DNA of 64,000 nucleotides from Spirochaetia bacterium (lineage in GTDB: Bacteria > Spirochaetota > Spirochaetia > CADAEX01), in the NCBI GenBank assembly GCA_963662795.1, contig OY759746.1:2464001-2528000 (forward strand). Direction: 5' to 3'. Positions 51,119 through 62,077 of this stretch are shown in pieces. Below the pieces are notes generated by a model. The model ran no database searches, was not told the origin of the DNA, and saw only the letters and a program-made list of their open reading frames with translations. Every line of letters begins with the position of its first letter. The first letter of the stretch is position 1. The position numbers were made by a program, and so were the translations under genes.

Positions 51119-52372
51119 ATGCAGGATATATACGGAATAAAAAACGAAGAAGAAAAACTTCTTGAAAGATTTTTAAGATATGTGAAGATAGAAACTACAT
51201 CTTCATCAGAATCTTCCTCAACCCCCTCAACAGCGTGCCAGTGGGATATTCTTAAGCTTCTTGAAAAGGAGCTCATCGAAACAGGACTTTCAGAAGTTGA
51301 GCTTGACGGAAACGGATATATAAGAGCGCTTATCCCACCATCTCCGGGATACGGGAATGTTCCTGTTATAGGATTTCTTGCCCATGCTGACACAGCTTCA
51401 GATGTATCAGGTAAAAATGTAAAGCCTCTTGTACACCGTAATTACAGCGGTGAACCCATAGAGCTTAAGGGCGCAAGGCTTGATCCTGAGGATTTCCCCT
51501 CTCTTTTAAAGTACAGGGGAGAGACGATAATTACTTCGGATGGAACTACTCTTCTCGGAGCGGACGACAAGGCAGGTGTTGCGGAGATAATGACAGCCGC
51601 AGATTTTCTTGTCAGCCATAAAGAGATAAAACATGGCCCTGTTGAAATATTTTTTACCCCGGATGAGGAAATAGGGCGTGGTATGTCTAAATTTCCCCTT
51701 GAAAAGGTAAAGTCGGTTTTCTGCTATACTCTTGACGGTGACGGTGAGGGGAATATTGAAACTGAATGTTTTAACGCCTGGGCTGTAAATATAAAAATAA
51801 AAGGGCGGGTCATACATCTCGGGTCGGCAAGGGGAAAGCTCGTAAACGCGGTTAAAATTGCATCAGAATTTGTTTCAATGCTGCCATCATCAGAAAGTCC
51901 TGAATCTACGGACGGGAGATTTGGATATTACTGCCCCCACAGCATAACCGGAACACTTGAAAAAGCTTCAGTTGAGCTCCTTTTGAGGGATTTTGACGGA
52001 ATGGGCATGAAAAAACGGATTAAAGCTGTAGAAGACACGGCAAAAGCGCTGGAAAACCTCTATCCCGGAAGCAAAGTGGAAACTGTATTTACCAAACAGT
52101 ACAGCAATATGATTGATTTCATTGGAAAAGAGAGCAGGGGATTAAAGCTCCTGTTTGACGCAGTCGGAAAATCGGGAGCACAGCCGGTTGAAAAGATAAT
52201 AAGGGGAGGCACGGACGGTGCGAGGTTAAGTGAAATGGGGATACCATGCCCGAATATTTTTACAGGCGGGCATAATTACCACAGCAGGGAAGAATGGGCT
52301 GTCCTTTCCTCAATGGTTAAGGCCTGTTCAACCATAGTTGCCCTTGCAGACCTGTGGACGTCTGAAAGATAA
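51119..52372 (+). CDS. pepT: Peptidase T (M20B)
   Basis: TLLGADDKAG, FTPDEEIGRG, YTLDG, E.FNA, IRGGTDGA.LS, N.HS. Confidence 0.96.
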   Translation: MQDIYGIKNEEEKLLERFLRYVKIETTSSSESSSTPSTACQWDILKLLEKELIETGLSEVELDGNGYIRALIPPSPGYGNVPVIGFLAHADTASDVSGKNVKPLVHRNYSGEPIELKGARLDPEDFPSLLKYRGETIITSDGTTLLGADDKAGVAEIMTAADFLVSHKEIKHGPVEIFFTPDEEIGRGMSKFPLEKVKSVFCYTLDGDGEGNIETECFNAWAVNIKIKGRVIHLGSARGKLVNAVKIASEFVSMLPSSESPESTDGRFGYYCPHSITGTLEKASVELLLRDFDGMGMKKRIKAVEDTAKALENLYPGSKVETVFTKQYSNMIDFIGKESRGLKLLFDAVGKSGAQPVEKIIRGGTDGARLSEMGIPCPNIFTGGHNYHSREEWAVLSSMVKACSTIVALADLWTSER

Positions 52373-52425
52373 AATGTTTGAAAAAAGAGCCGTAATATAT
52401 TAAACTATATATTGAGGTACTCTAT

Positions 52426-54207
52426 CTGAAACAATTTATTCTGGTAGTATTGTCAATTTTCCTCATTGCCTGTACAAATCCGATTGGATCAAATGATTCG
52501 GAAGAGGCTGTAACTGTATATACCATTAAAAACGGTTCAATCCTTGAAACAGGCTCAGCTCTCCCTGTTACTCTTGTCTATGATGAATCTGTAAGTGATT
52601 TTGACTACCTTATGATCTCTCTTTATGATGACGCGGGGACAGAACTTGCTGCAAATAAAATAAGTAAGAATACGATAGGAAACAACAGGAAAAAAGAGAT
52701 AGATTTGCCTGGAAATCTGGAAAAAGGGCTTTATCATATAAAATTTGAACTTCTGAAAGGCGATACTGCTGTTTTCAGCAGTGTGACAGATTTTTTCAGT
52801 GAAACCGGTAATTACGCTGTAAAAACAATGCTTTCCTATCCGCCTGATCCGGCTCCCGGAGAAAATGTCCTGCTGATTGCTGATTCCGTATACCCGGCAG
52901 GCCGTGACCCGTACTACAGATGGGAAATAAACGGAAAGATTGTACATGAAGGGCTGTTCTCCGCGGGGGGAAATAAATACAGCTGGAAAACAACCGCCAA
53001 TGAAGGTGCATTCCCTGTCAGAGTGGAAATGTTTCCGTTTGCCCCCTCCAAAGCTGTTTTTGATAATTTTATCTCACCGTTTTATAATGAATCCATTATT
53101 TTTGTTTCTGAATCAAACAGAAAAAGATTCAATGAATTCACTCCGGAAAGTTCATACAGCACACTTTTCCATTTCAGGGGAGAAATAACTGATTCCGGTT
53201 ATAATTCGATAAAAGGGGCGGCCGGCATTATTACAGGATCTCCGGCACTGGATTTCCGAAGCGGCATATATGGCTACTATTTTAAAAATGACGATTCCAT
53301 ATCCAGCCCTTCTTTGTCTGTTCCATTTTCCAAACAGGGAGAAATGCAGCCTTTCTCAATAAAATTCAGATTTTTGCCGGATTATTCCGCCGCTTTTTCA
53401 GAAAAACAGGGAACAATCCCTCTCTTTACAGCGATTTCTGACGACGGCATATTCAGACTTGTCTCAGGGTTCTCCGGAAGGGGTGAGTATTATCTCGAGC
53501 TTGTTTCGGGAGGCCGGAGGTTTATAAGCAGGACCTATGATTCAATATCCGCAACCGGCAGTATCATAAATCTTAATATATCGGTTTATCCTGACAGCGG
53601 CTCAAGCCTGATTGTCTGGATGATAAACGGAAAGACTGTACAAAAGGATAAAGCCCCGTTCCGGCCTGAAATTGAAAATACAAAGGGAAGAACTGTTATA
53701 GGCAGCAGTTTATACCCGCTTCTCATTGATGAGGCAGGAGTATTTACAAAAACATCAGACGGAAAATCTTCAGTTGATCCTGAGGCCTTTAAAAACTATA
53801 ATCTGGAAAAATTCGGCAACGACCTTATTTTTGCTGAAGGATTTGATAATAACCTAAATTTAAGGAATATCACTGTGTCGGGAACTCCCGAGATTAAGGG
53901 AGGCAGTGTGATACTTGATCCCGGGGAGATGATCCGAATCGGCGATCAGCTGCAGTTATCGGAAAATGTGGAAATAGCTGTATCGGGAAACTGTACGCTC
54001 ATTGTAAAAGACAGCGAAGGTAAAGTGACTGCATCAGGGGATTTTGACAATGCAGGTGAAAGTCTGATATTGGAGGCAAATCCTGAAGAGAGATATAATC
54101 TCTTCCTTGAAAACCGGGACCTAATCAGCTCCGGTTTTGCTGATGATATACTTGCAACAAGAATACCTGCTGATTCCGGAAACGGATTAAAACTTGAGAA
54201 AAACTGA
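52426..54207 (+). CDS. Hypothetical lipoprotein (beta-rich, possible LamG-like domain)
   Basis: Extending to CTG 52426 (GAGG RBS) gives signal peptide MKQFILVVLSIFLIA-C. Confidence 0.75.
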   Translation: MKQFILVVLSIFLIACTNPIGSNDSEEAVTVYTIKNGSILETGSALPVTLVYDESVSDFDYLMISLYDDAGTELAANKISKNTIGNNRKKEIDLPGNLEKGLYHIKFELLKGDTAVFSSVTDFFSETGNYAVKTMLSYPPDPAPGENVLLIADSVYPAGRDPYYRWEINGKIVHEGLFSAGGNKYSWKTTANEGAFPVRVEMFPFAPSKAVFDNFISPFYNESIIFVSESNRKRFNEFTPESSYSTLFHFRGEITDSGYNSIKGAAGIITGSPALDFRSGIYGYYFKNDDSISSPSLSVPFSKQGEMQPFSIKFRFLPDYSAAFSEKQGTIPLFTAISDDGIFRLVSGFSGRGEYYLELVSGGRRFISRTYDSISATGSIINLNISVYPDSGSSLIVWMINGKTVQKDKAPFRPEIENTKGRTVIGSSLYPLLIDEAGVFTKTSDGKSSVDPEAFKNYNLEKFGNDLIFAEGFDNNLNLRNITVSGTPEIKGGSVILDPGEMIRIGDQLQLSENVEIAVSGNCTLIVKDSEGKVTASGDFDNAGESLILEANPEERYNLFLENRDLISSGFADDILATRIPADSGNGLKLEKN

Positions 54208-54225
54208 TAAAATCCGGATATAACC

Positions 54226-55491
54226 ATGATAAAAAAAATATCTGTCTCCGCAATTCTGTTTTTTGCAGTGATTGCAACTGCTTCTGCATCAGAAACTTCT
54301 GAATTCAATATCGGGTACAGGGGATTAACCTGGGATGAATCACTTTCAGATGCCTTGACTGCTGATAAAAAAAATGAGGTCACATCATATCTCAATAATC
54401 AGTTTATACAAATACTGACCTCTTCCGGTCTTTTTGTTGTTTCAGAATCTCCTCAGGAAGAGGGAAAGCGTGAAGAGTATGCATCCGGGAATTATTCGCT
54501 TTTTCCTGTTATAACTGTTTTTAAGGAGGTTGAATCTGAAATAAGCGGGTATTTTTTCGATTGCCAGATAACCCTTACAGTCCGGAATGATTCAGATACA
54601 GAAGTGGAGACTGAAGTAAACCCGGAAGTTGAAGTACCCCCGGAGGTAAATGCTGACTTGAATACTGGATCTGACGGGAGCGCCTCTGAGGTTTTCTATC
54701 TCAAGCATATTGGCTCAGGAAAAAATTCCGCCATTGCCATGCAGAAGAGTCTTGAAGGAATAGTCGACCAGTTTGAATTTCTCCTTATCGGGTTTGAACA
54801 GTGGTCAGACAGTTTCAGGGTAATTGATATATACCAGGGTGCGGTTATAATAAATTCAGGTAAAAAGCGCGGCCTCCGTAAAGGGGATTTCCTCCATTCG
54901 TTTGATTACAAAAGCGGAAAAATAACGGGCGATTTCGTTGTAGAAAAAACTGATGGAGATATTTCATATGCCCGTATACTCAAGGTGAAAAAATATCCGA
55001 AAGCAGGCGATCCTCTCCGTCTGGATGATTTTATCGGTTTTTCAGTAAACGGATATACGGATTATTTCTCAGGTGGAGAATTTTCAGGTTACACATCAGG
55101 TGTCAGCCTGCTATGGAGTGGCGGCCTTTATGTTTTTCATCCTCTTGCCGGATTTGAATATTTCAGCATAAAAGATATAAATGATGCCTTTATTGATATT
55201 CTTATCCCCTATGGCGGGTTTAAAATTGTAAGGCATATAGGGGCAATGACATTATCTTCCCTGATAACCGCAGGTGCTGGGTATGTCTCTGATTCAGATC
55301 TTCTTGGCACTGAATACCGGGGGTGGCAGTATAAGGGGGGAACAGTAAAGGCCTCGGTAGAAAGAAGATTCGGGAATCGTTTCTCTGTTTTTGCGGAAGC
55401 CGGATATTCATACTGGTATTCAGATGATGTTAGAGAGCTCACTGATATTGCCGGGTTTCTGGCGGGCGGGGGAGTGAGCGTAAAGTTTTAG
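54226..55491 (+). CDS. Hypothetical exported/outer-membrane protein
   Basis: Signal peptide; INSG...GL.KGD (FlgT-C-like); C-terminal amphipathic strands ending in Phe. Confidence 0.7.
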   Translation: MIKKISVSAILFFAVIATASASETSEFNIGYRGLTWDESLSDALTADKKNEVTSYLNNQFIQILTSSGLFVVSESPQEEGKREEYASGNYSLFPVITVFKEVESEISGYFFDCQITLTVRNDSDTEVETEVNPEVEVPPEVNADLNTGSDGSASEVFYLKHIGSGKNSAIAMQKSLEGIVDQFEFLLIGFEQWSDSFRVIDIYQGAVIINSGKKRGLRKGDFLHSFDYKSGKITGDFVVEKTDGDISYARILKVKKYPKAGDPLRLDDFIGFSVNGYTDYFSGGEFSGYTSGVSLLWSGGLYVFHPLAGFEYFSIKDINDAFIDILIPYGGFKIVRHIGAMTLSSLITAGAGYVSDSDLLGTEYRGWQYKGGTVKASVERRFGNRFSVFAEAGYSYWYSDDVRELTDIAGFLAGGGVSVKF

Positions 55492-55533
55492 TATATTGAA
55501 ACCCTTCTTTCTTTAAGCTATTCTGCTAAGGAT

Positions 55534-56898
55534 ATGAAATATTATGAATATGATACCGATGACATGATTGCAGCGCTCGCAACGCCATGGGGAGAGAGTG
55601 CGCTTGCTGTTATCAGGACCTCAGGTGATGGATGTATAGATACCTTGTCTTCCTGTTTCAGGGGAAAGGACAACCTTTCAGACTCAGACGGCTATTCACT
55701 GCATTATGGCAGGATAATTGATCCTGATACAGGAAATACGGTGGATCAGGTTGTTGCGGGAGTCTACAGAAAACCAAGGAGCTATACAGGACAGGATATG
55801 GTTGAGATTTTCTGCCACGGCAGTATGCCGGGAATTACAGGCATTCTTGATGCCCTCCGTATTAAGGGTTTCAGGGATGCAGCTCCGGGAGAGTTTACTC
55901 TAAGGGCATTTCTTAACGGAAAAATGGACCTGACCGGTGCCGAGGCTGTCAACGAGATTATCAGGGCAAAATCGCCGCAGGCAATGGGGCTTGCCCTTGA
56001 AAGACTTTCAGGTTCTGTCTTTAACAGCATAAACAGTATTAAAACACTTGTTTCTGAGATACTTGCCGAGATTGAGCTCCAGCTCGATTATGCGGAAGAT
56101 GAGGCAGACCCCGAAGCAGTTTTAAGTACCGGTAAAATTGAAACTGCACTCTCCGGCCTGAAGGAGCTTGCCTCTACCTACAGGATCGGAAAAGTTCTTC
56201 AGGAAGGGGTCCGGACCGTTCTTACAGGACGGACAAACGCGGGGAAATCATCGCTCTTTAACCTTTTAAACCGGGCGGAGAGGGCCATTGTTTCCGAGTA
56301 TCATGGAACTACAAGGGACTATATTGAATCTTTGCTTGTTATAAGCGGCATTCCTGTCAAACTCTATGACACGGCAGGGATACGGGTTTCCGATCATCCG
56401 GTAGAAGCGGAAGGCATTAAAAAAAGCGGAGAAATCATAGAAGCATCTGATATCATAGTATACCTTGTTGACGGAATCGACGGCCTTACTGATGAGGACA
56501 GAAAAAGAATAGACCTTCTTGACAGGAAAAAACTCATCAAAGTCTGGAATAAATCAGATATAAGCACAAAGGAAATTCCTGAAGATTATATTGCTGTCAG
56601 TTCGCTTACAGGTTCAGGACTTGATGAACTTGAGAGGGAAATAGTTTCCAGGGCAGGGGCTGGAAATATTATGCTTGATGACAGGGCTGTAATTGATTCG
56701 CAGCGGCAGAAGACCCTGATTGACAGTGCCCTTTTATCACTTGAAAATTCACGCTCTGCGATAAGGGGCAGCATGCCTCTTGATGTTGTAGCTGTGGATA
56801 TAAAGGAAGCGCTTGACAGTCTCGGGGAAATTACAGGGGAAATAACAACAGCAGATATTCTTGATCTCATGTTTTCACGATTTTGTGTAGGAAAATAG
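55534..56898 (+). CDS. mnmE: tRNA modification GTPase MnmE
   Basis: IAALATP.G, PGEFTLRAFLNGKMDL, G.TNAGKSSL, GTTRD, DTAG, FSRFCVGK. Confidence 0.99.
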   Translation: MKYYEYDTDDMIAALATPWGESALAVIRTSGDGCIDTLSSCFRGKDNLSDSDGYSLHYGRIIDPDTGNTVDQVVAGVYRKPRSYTGQDMVEIFCHGSMPGITGILDALRIKGFRDAAPGEFTLRAFLNGKMDLTGAEAVNEIIRAKSPQAMGLALERLSGSVFNSINSIKTLVSEILAEIELQLDYAEDEADPEAVLSTGKIETALSGLKELASTYRIGKVLQEGVRTVLTGRTNAGKSSLFNLLNRAERAIVSEYHGTTRDYIESLLVISGIPVKLYDTAGIRVSDHPVEAEGIKKSGEIIEASDIIVYLVDGIDGLTDEDRKRIDLLDRKKLIKVWNKSDISTKEIPEDYIAVSSLTGSGLDELEREIVSRAGAGNIMLDDRAVIDSQRQKTLIDSALLSLENSRSAIRGSMPLDVVAVDIKEALDSLGEITGEITTADILDLMFSRFCVGK

Positions 56899-56911
56899 CA
56901 GGTAAATAAAT

Positions 56912-58771
56912 ATGGATTTTGATGCAATTGTAATCGGCGGCGGACATGCCGGAATAGAAGCCGGCCTTGCCCTTGCAAGGCTTTCATACAGGACTCTCTT
57001 TATAACCCAGAATGTAGATACAATAGGAAAGTTGTCGTGCAACCCTGCAGTGGGGGGCCTTTCAAAAGGCAATATTGTCCGTGAAGTGGATGCCCTCGGT
57101 GGTGAAATGGCAAACCTGATTGACAGTACAATGATCCAGTTCAGGATGCTGAATAAAAGCAGGGGGCCGGCTGTCCAGGCGCCGAGAGCTCAGGCTGATA
57201 AATTCGCCTATAACCAGCTTGCGAAATGGACACTGGAAAGGCAGGACAATCTGCAGCTCTTTCAGGATACAGTGACGGATTTTATCTTAAACAGCAGCGG
57301 GAATAAAATCAAAGGGGTCGTAACAGAAAGGGGCCGGAGATTTACAGCAAATGCTGTCGTTCTTACAACAGGCACTTTCCTTGAAGGAATGATATTTATC
57401 GGCGATTATACTTCTGTCTCGGGCAGGATAGGCGAACCTGCCGCTTTGGGTCTTGGAGTAAATTTACGGAAAATGGGGTTTTCTGTAGGGAGGCTCAAGA
57501 CAGGAACCCCAGCGAGGGTCAGAAGGGGTTCCCTGGATTTCAGTAAAATGGAGAGGCAGGAGGGAGACGGTGAAATTATCCCTTTTTCATTCAGCAGGGA
57601 GAATGTTGAAAGGCCGCAGCTGCCGTGCCATATAACTTACACCAATGAAAAGACACACCAGATAATCAGGGATAATATAGGAAGATCGCCCCTGTTCGGG
57701 GGGAAAATATCAGGAAAAGGACCCCGCTACTGCCCCTCAATTGAGGACAAGGTTGTAAGATTTCCAGACAAGCTGCGCCATCAGGTATTTGTCGAGCCGG
57801 AAGGGCTTGAGTCGGAAGAGATGTATCTTAACGGAATTTCATCCTCCCTCCCGGAAGATGTACAGGAAGCATTTCTTAAAACCCTTCCCGGGCTTGAAAA
57901 AGTTGAAGTTATAAGGCCCGGATATGCGGTAGAATATGATTTTATCGATCCGAGACAGCTGAGACCTTGCCTGATGACTAAAAAAATCGAAGGACTTTTT
58001 GTTGCCGGACAAACAAACGGCACTTCCGGATATGAGGAAGCTGCCTGCCAGGGGCTTATGGCAGGAATAAACGCATCGCTTTATCTTGCGGGGCGTGAGC
58101 CTTTTATCCTTGGCAGGACGGAGGCGTATACCGGCGTACTGATTGATGATCTTGTTACTCTCGGGACAGAAGAACCTTACAGAATGTTTACTTCAAGGGC
58201 TGAGCACCGGCTTTCTCTCCGCCACGATACAGCAGACCGGAGGCTGATGCCTAAATCGAAGGAGATAGGACTGCTTGGGAATGAAGCCTGGGAAAAATTT
58301 CAGGAAAAGCTGTCCAGGACTGATGAGGTCCGGGAACTTTTGCGTCAGAGAAGGGTAACCGAAAGCGCAATTAAAACGGTTGAAGGGGATTTATACGCTG
58401 TTTTAAAGAAGCATATAGGAAAAACCTATGAACAGACAATAAAAGATCCGGATGTGACAATAGAGACTTTCAGAAATTTTGATGATGTAATAGACGGAAC
58501 AAGGAAGGAATGGCTTTCACTGATTGAGCTTGATATCAAATACGAAGGATATATAGACAGACAGGAGCGGCAGGTAAAACGGTTTGAAAAAATGGAAAAA
58601 ATGAAAATCCCCGATAATTTCAACTACGATACTGTAGACGGGATATCGACAGAATCAAGGCAGAAATTCAAGGCGATAATGCCTGCGACAATCGGGCAGG
58701 CAACGAGAATATCAGGTGTAAGGAATTCCGATATTGCCGTACTTATGATCTATCTCGGGAGAAAAAAGTGA
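56912..58771 (+). CDS. mnmG: tRNA uridine-5-carboxymethylaminomethyl modification enzyme MnmG (GidA)
   Basis: GGGHAG.EA, SCNPAVGG, RLKTGTP, GPRYCPSIEDK, YRMFTSRAE. Confidence 0.99.
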   Translation: MDFDAIVIGGGHAGIEAGLALARLSYRTLFITQNVDTIGKLSCNPAVGGLSKGNIVREVDALGGEMANLIDSTMIQFRMLNKSRGPAVQAPRAQADKFAYNQLAKWTLERQDNLQLFQDTVTDFILNSSGNKIKGVVTERGRRFTANAVVLTTGTFLEGMIFIGDYTSVSGRIGEPAALGLGVNLRKMGFSVGRLKTGTPARVRRGSLDFSKMERQEGDGEIIPFSFSRENVERPQLPCHITYTNEKTHQIIRDNIGRSPLFGGKISGKGPRYCPSIEDKVVRFPDKLRHQVFVEPEGLESEEMYLNGISSSLPEDVQEAFLKTLPGLEKVEVIRPGYAVEYDFIDPRQLRPCLMTKKIEGLFVAGQTNGTSGYEEAACQGLMAGINASLYLAGREPFILGRTEAYTGVLIDDLVTLGTEEPYRMFTSRAEHRLSLRHDTADRRLMPKSKEIGLLGNEAWEKFQEKLSRTDEVRELLRQRRVTESAIKTVEGDLYAVLKKHIGKTYEQTIKDPDVTIETFRNFDDVIDGTRKEWLSLIELDIKYEGYIDRQERQVKRFEKMEKMKIPDNFNYDTVDGISTESRQKFKAIMPATIGQATRISGVRNSDIAVLMIYLGRKK

Positions 58772-59400
58772 AAGAGCTTTTTGCTTCAGGTCTTGATAAG
58801 CTCGGGATTCCCTTTACCGCCAAACAGTTTGACACTCTTGTGAAATTTTACAGTGAACTTTCTGTCTGGAACAGAAAGAGCGGTTTTGTAAAGGCTGAGG
58901 GAAAAGACCTGGTTATCCGTCATTTTTTTGATTCACTTGCCGGCGTCAGGCTGTTGTCAGGAATGGATTTTAAAACTGCTGCCGATATAGGAACAGGGGC
59001 CGGGTTTCCCGGAATTCCTCTCTCTATCTTTTTTCCTGATAAAAAGTTTACACTGGTTGAAAGGTCCGCCAAAAAGAGTGATTTTCTGAATAATTGCAGG
59101 GTGCTTTTTTCACTGGATAATGTGGATATAGCAGAATCGGAACTTGAGAATATCAGCGATAAGTTTGATCTTGTTGCTTTCAGGGCATTCAGGAATTTTA
59201 ACGATTATTATAAAAAGCTTTTTTCAATACTTGCAGAGGACGGCTCAATTTTTGCCTACAAGGGAATAAAGGATAACGTAGAAGCGGAACTTGATGAGGC
59301 AGGAATAGAGGTTTATAAAATACACAAGGTACAGGTTCCATTCATGACAGAAGAAAGGCACATCGTTATTATAAGAAAAGAAGATTTAATCCCTTCCTGA
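58768..59400 (+). CDS. rsmG: 16S rRNA m7G527 methyltransferase RsmG (GidB)
   Basis: RHFFDSL, DIGTGAGFPGIPL, FRAF, YKG; follows mnmG. Confidence 0.96.
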   Translation: MKELFASGLDKLGIPFTAKQFDTLVKFYSELSVWNRKSGFVKAEGKDLVIRHFFDSLAGVRLLSGMDFKTAADIGTGAGFPGIPLSIFFPDKKFTLVERSAKKSDFLNNCRVLFSLDNVDIAESELENISDKFDLVAFRAFRNFNDYYKKLFSILAEDGSIFAYKGIKDNVEAELDEAGIEVYKIHKVQVPFMTEERHIVIIRKEDLIPS

Positions 59401-60750
59401 AACCCTGTTCAGAATGGAAAGAAGTTCTTTGTTCCCGATTAGATCGATAGTCCTTGCTTCAACAAATTTTACAGCGGTTTCCGTGTATGACCCTGCGGAA
59501 ATACAGTAGGATTTACCTGCCCTTACATCTTTGCTTTTGAAATAAAGATCTCTCAGCATAAGGTCTCCGACAGATGCCGTTGTCCGTATAAACCGGAAAA
59601 GTACTATATCCTCCACCTGTGCGGAGTTTACCTCAGTTACTATATCCACATAGTCATTTTTGGCGGCTGTAATATCAGTTATCTTTAAATGCGTTTTGGG
59701 GTAGAATAACGGAGCTATATTCCTGCAAAGATTTACAAACTCGGATGTCGGCGATATAAGATATGTTTTAAGGTTTTTGTTTTCTGCGAGTTCACTGTAC
59801 TTTAATTTAAGACCGTTTATATCTTTATACTCGGGGTTTATCCCGATCAGGATATCAATTATTTTAAGGGCGGCATTAAGCTTGTTTTCTTTAATATATG
59901 TTGATACAAGCACATATAAAAGTTCAAGCCTTACATCCGGCGGTATCTCTTTGTGTTTGAGACCGATTTGAAGGTCTTCAACAGCTTTTTCATAATTCCT
60001 TTTCTTCATATTGATTCTGCCGGTTTCAAGGCATGACTGGGGACCGTACTGAGGGTCAGGGCGGAGATGGAAAAAAATTCTGTAGGCATTCTCAATCTGT
60101 CCGGTTTCATTATAGGCTTGTCCAAGAAAAAAAAGGATTTCCTTATCCCCCGGAGTAATTTCGTAACTTTTCTTTAAATAGGATATCGCGTCCTTGTACC
60201 TGCCCATGAAAAAGAGTATTTTCCCCATGTACTGGACAGTCGTGGTGTGGTCCGGAAGAAGATGTCTCGCCGCAGTAAAAAGCAGTAACGCCTTTTCATA
60301 ATTTTTTCTGTCAAATTCAATTACCCCGAGATTATAATTGATTTCAAAAATGTCCTTATTAATGGATCGGGCATATGCAAAGTACTTGTATGCTTCATCA
60401 GTTCTGCCGGTCTTCAGGGCGGAAACAGCATATTTGTAAACAATATCGAATTCATCAAGCGATGAATTCGTGCCTGTCTGATCAAGAAGTATTTTTAATA
60501 AATGAAGTGATTTGTCATACATTTCTTCTGAATAATAAAGGTCGGCAAGGTCGGAAATAGCCTGCGCATCTTTAGGGTTCTGTTCCAGTCTTCTGTTTGC
60601 AGATTTTATAATCGCGTTTCTGTCTTTATTTTTTGAAGTTGAACTGATTATTCCGCCGGATGATAAATTTTTTATAAAAGATATTATCAATATTGCCACA
60701 GCTGCCACAGCTGCCGCAATTATAATTACAATAAAAAGTAAAAAGTTCAT
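59386..60750 (-). CDS. Membrane-anchored TPR protein with C-terminal Mrr/restriction-endonuclease-like domain
   Basis: N-terminal TM, multiple TPR-like helical repeats, C-terminal VG...LRDL...A.KFVEAR.IDLI. Confidence 0.8.
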   Translation of the reverse strand: MNFLLFIVIIIAAAVAAVAILIISFIKNLSSGGIISSTSKNKDRNAIIKSANRRLEQNPKDAQAISDLADLYYSEEMYDKSLHLLKILLDQTGTNSSLDEFDIVYKYAVSALKTGRTDEAYKYFAYARSINKDIFEINYNLGVIEFDRKNYEKALLLFTAARHLLPDHTTTVQYMGKILFFMGRYKDAISYLKKSYEITPGDKEILFFLGQAYNETGQIENAYRIFFHLRPDPQYGPQSCLETGRINMKKRNYEKAVEDLQIGLKHKEIPPDVRLELLYVLVSTYIKENKLNAALKIIDILIGINPEYKDINGLKLKYSELAENKNLKTYLISPTSEFVNLCRNIAPLFYPKTHLKITDITAAKNDYVDIVTEVNSAQVEDIVLFRFIRTTASVGDLMLRDLYFKSKDVRAGKSYCISAGSYTETAVKFVEARTIDLIGNKELLSILNRVSGRD

Positions 60751-60904
60751 ATGTCATTATGGTATAATCACTAAATCATTGTCAATAAAATAAATTATTG
60801 ACAAAATATGTACGCAGCTATAGGCTTTATATATAAGGGAACCAACCGAAGGAATTGTGGTTCCCTGAATATTTCAGTTATGCTGATATTTTGGAGGCAG
60901 TAAC

Positions 60905-61966
60905 TTGGATAAACCTACAATCGGAATAAGAATTGCAAATGGAACGTTCTTTCCGATACTCCGGGAAAATGATGCAAGAAGAAAAAAAATAATCCTATCT
61001 CCGGTCCGGGAAAATCAGAAAGATGTAAAAATTGATATATTCCGGGGAGAAGGCGATGGTATGCTTGACCCGGTTTATGTTGCCAGTCTGATTCTGAATG
61101 GCATCAGCCAGGATTCTGAACAACCGGTTGAAATCCAGATGCTTGTTAATATAAGCAGTGACGGGGTTCTTGACGCGGAAGCGTTTGAGCCGTTATCAGG
61201 TGTTAAACAGTTCCTCTCAATAAGCCTTGATTCCATTGAGGAGAATGCGGGTTTCTATGACATGAGTGATTCAGACTCTGAAAATGCGGCAGACATATCT
61301 GCCCAGATGGATGAGGAAGACTATTTCAGCAGCGAAGAGGATAACTCCGGAGATTCTGCTTTTGACGAATTTGAAACCGGCGATGAGAGCTTCGGGAATA
61401 TCGGGCAGAGTGATGAAAATGAGGAAATAACTGAAGAAGCTACCATTGATGAATCAGAAGAAGATGATAATGAGGAAGAGAATAATTCGCCCTGGCTCTA
61501 TGAAGCTGAAAATAAGGGCAGCAAAAAAAACAGACTCCTGAAATTAGCTGTTCTGGTTCTTGGAATAATATTCATAGCTTTACTGGCATTACTTATATAT
61601 ACGCTTTTTATGAAACCAACTCTTGCCAAAAACCGGACAACGGCGCCTGTCACAGCTGTCGCGCCTAGCGCGGCTGTAGAAGTGCCTAAAACCCCCGAAC
61701 CGGTACCTGCTCCTGTACCAGTGGTCAAGGAAGAACCTGCCGTTCCGGCAGCCGCGCCTGTTCCCCCGGTTGCAGCAGCTGTTGAGCCTGTAAAAAAAGC
61801 ACCTGAAAGTGTAAAATACAGGATTAAATGGGGCGATACTCTTTGGGATATCTCTAAAACCTACTACAGAACTCCATGGCTTTATAAAAAAATTGCAAAG
61901 GATAACAAAATCAAGAATCCTGATCTTATTTTTGCCGAGACATATATTAATATCAAATCTGAATAG
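60905..61966 (+). CDS. LysM peptidoglycan-binding membrane protein (spirochaete type)
   Basis: Hsp70-like beta N-terminus, acidic linker, TM helix, Pro/Ala linker, YRIKWGDTLWDIS..YY..PW.Y..IA..N.IKNPDLI. Confidence 0.9.
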   Translation: MDKPTIGIRIANGTFFPILRENDARRKKIILSPVRENQKDVKIDIFRGEGDGMLDPVYVASLILNGISQDSEQPVEIQMLVNISSDGVLDAEAFEPLSGVKQFLSISLDSIEENAGFYDMSDSDSENAADISAQMDEEDYFSSEEDNSGDSAFDEFETGDESFGNIGQSDENEEITEEATIDESEEDDNEEENNSPWLYEAENKGSKKNRLLKLAVLVLGIIFIALLALLIYTLFMKPTLAKNRTTAPVTAVAPSAAVEVPKTPEPVPAPVPVVKEEPAVPAAAPVPPVAAAVEPVKKAPESVKYRIKWGDTLWDISKTYYRTPWLYKKIAKDNKIKNPDLIFAETYINIKSE

Positions 61967-62077
61967 TTTTACCTGATCCCTTCCGAAATATAATAATAAA
62001 CTATATAATTGCATCAATTGCAGCAGCTGCTTTGAAAAGTCCTGCTGCTATTAATAAGTCATAGTGGAGTATTTTCA

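Noticed and set aside
55534-60905. Replication origin near mnmE-mnmG-rsmG
   Set aside because: No dnaA, parAB or DnaA-box cluster seen, and the intergenic gaps are short
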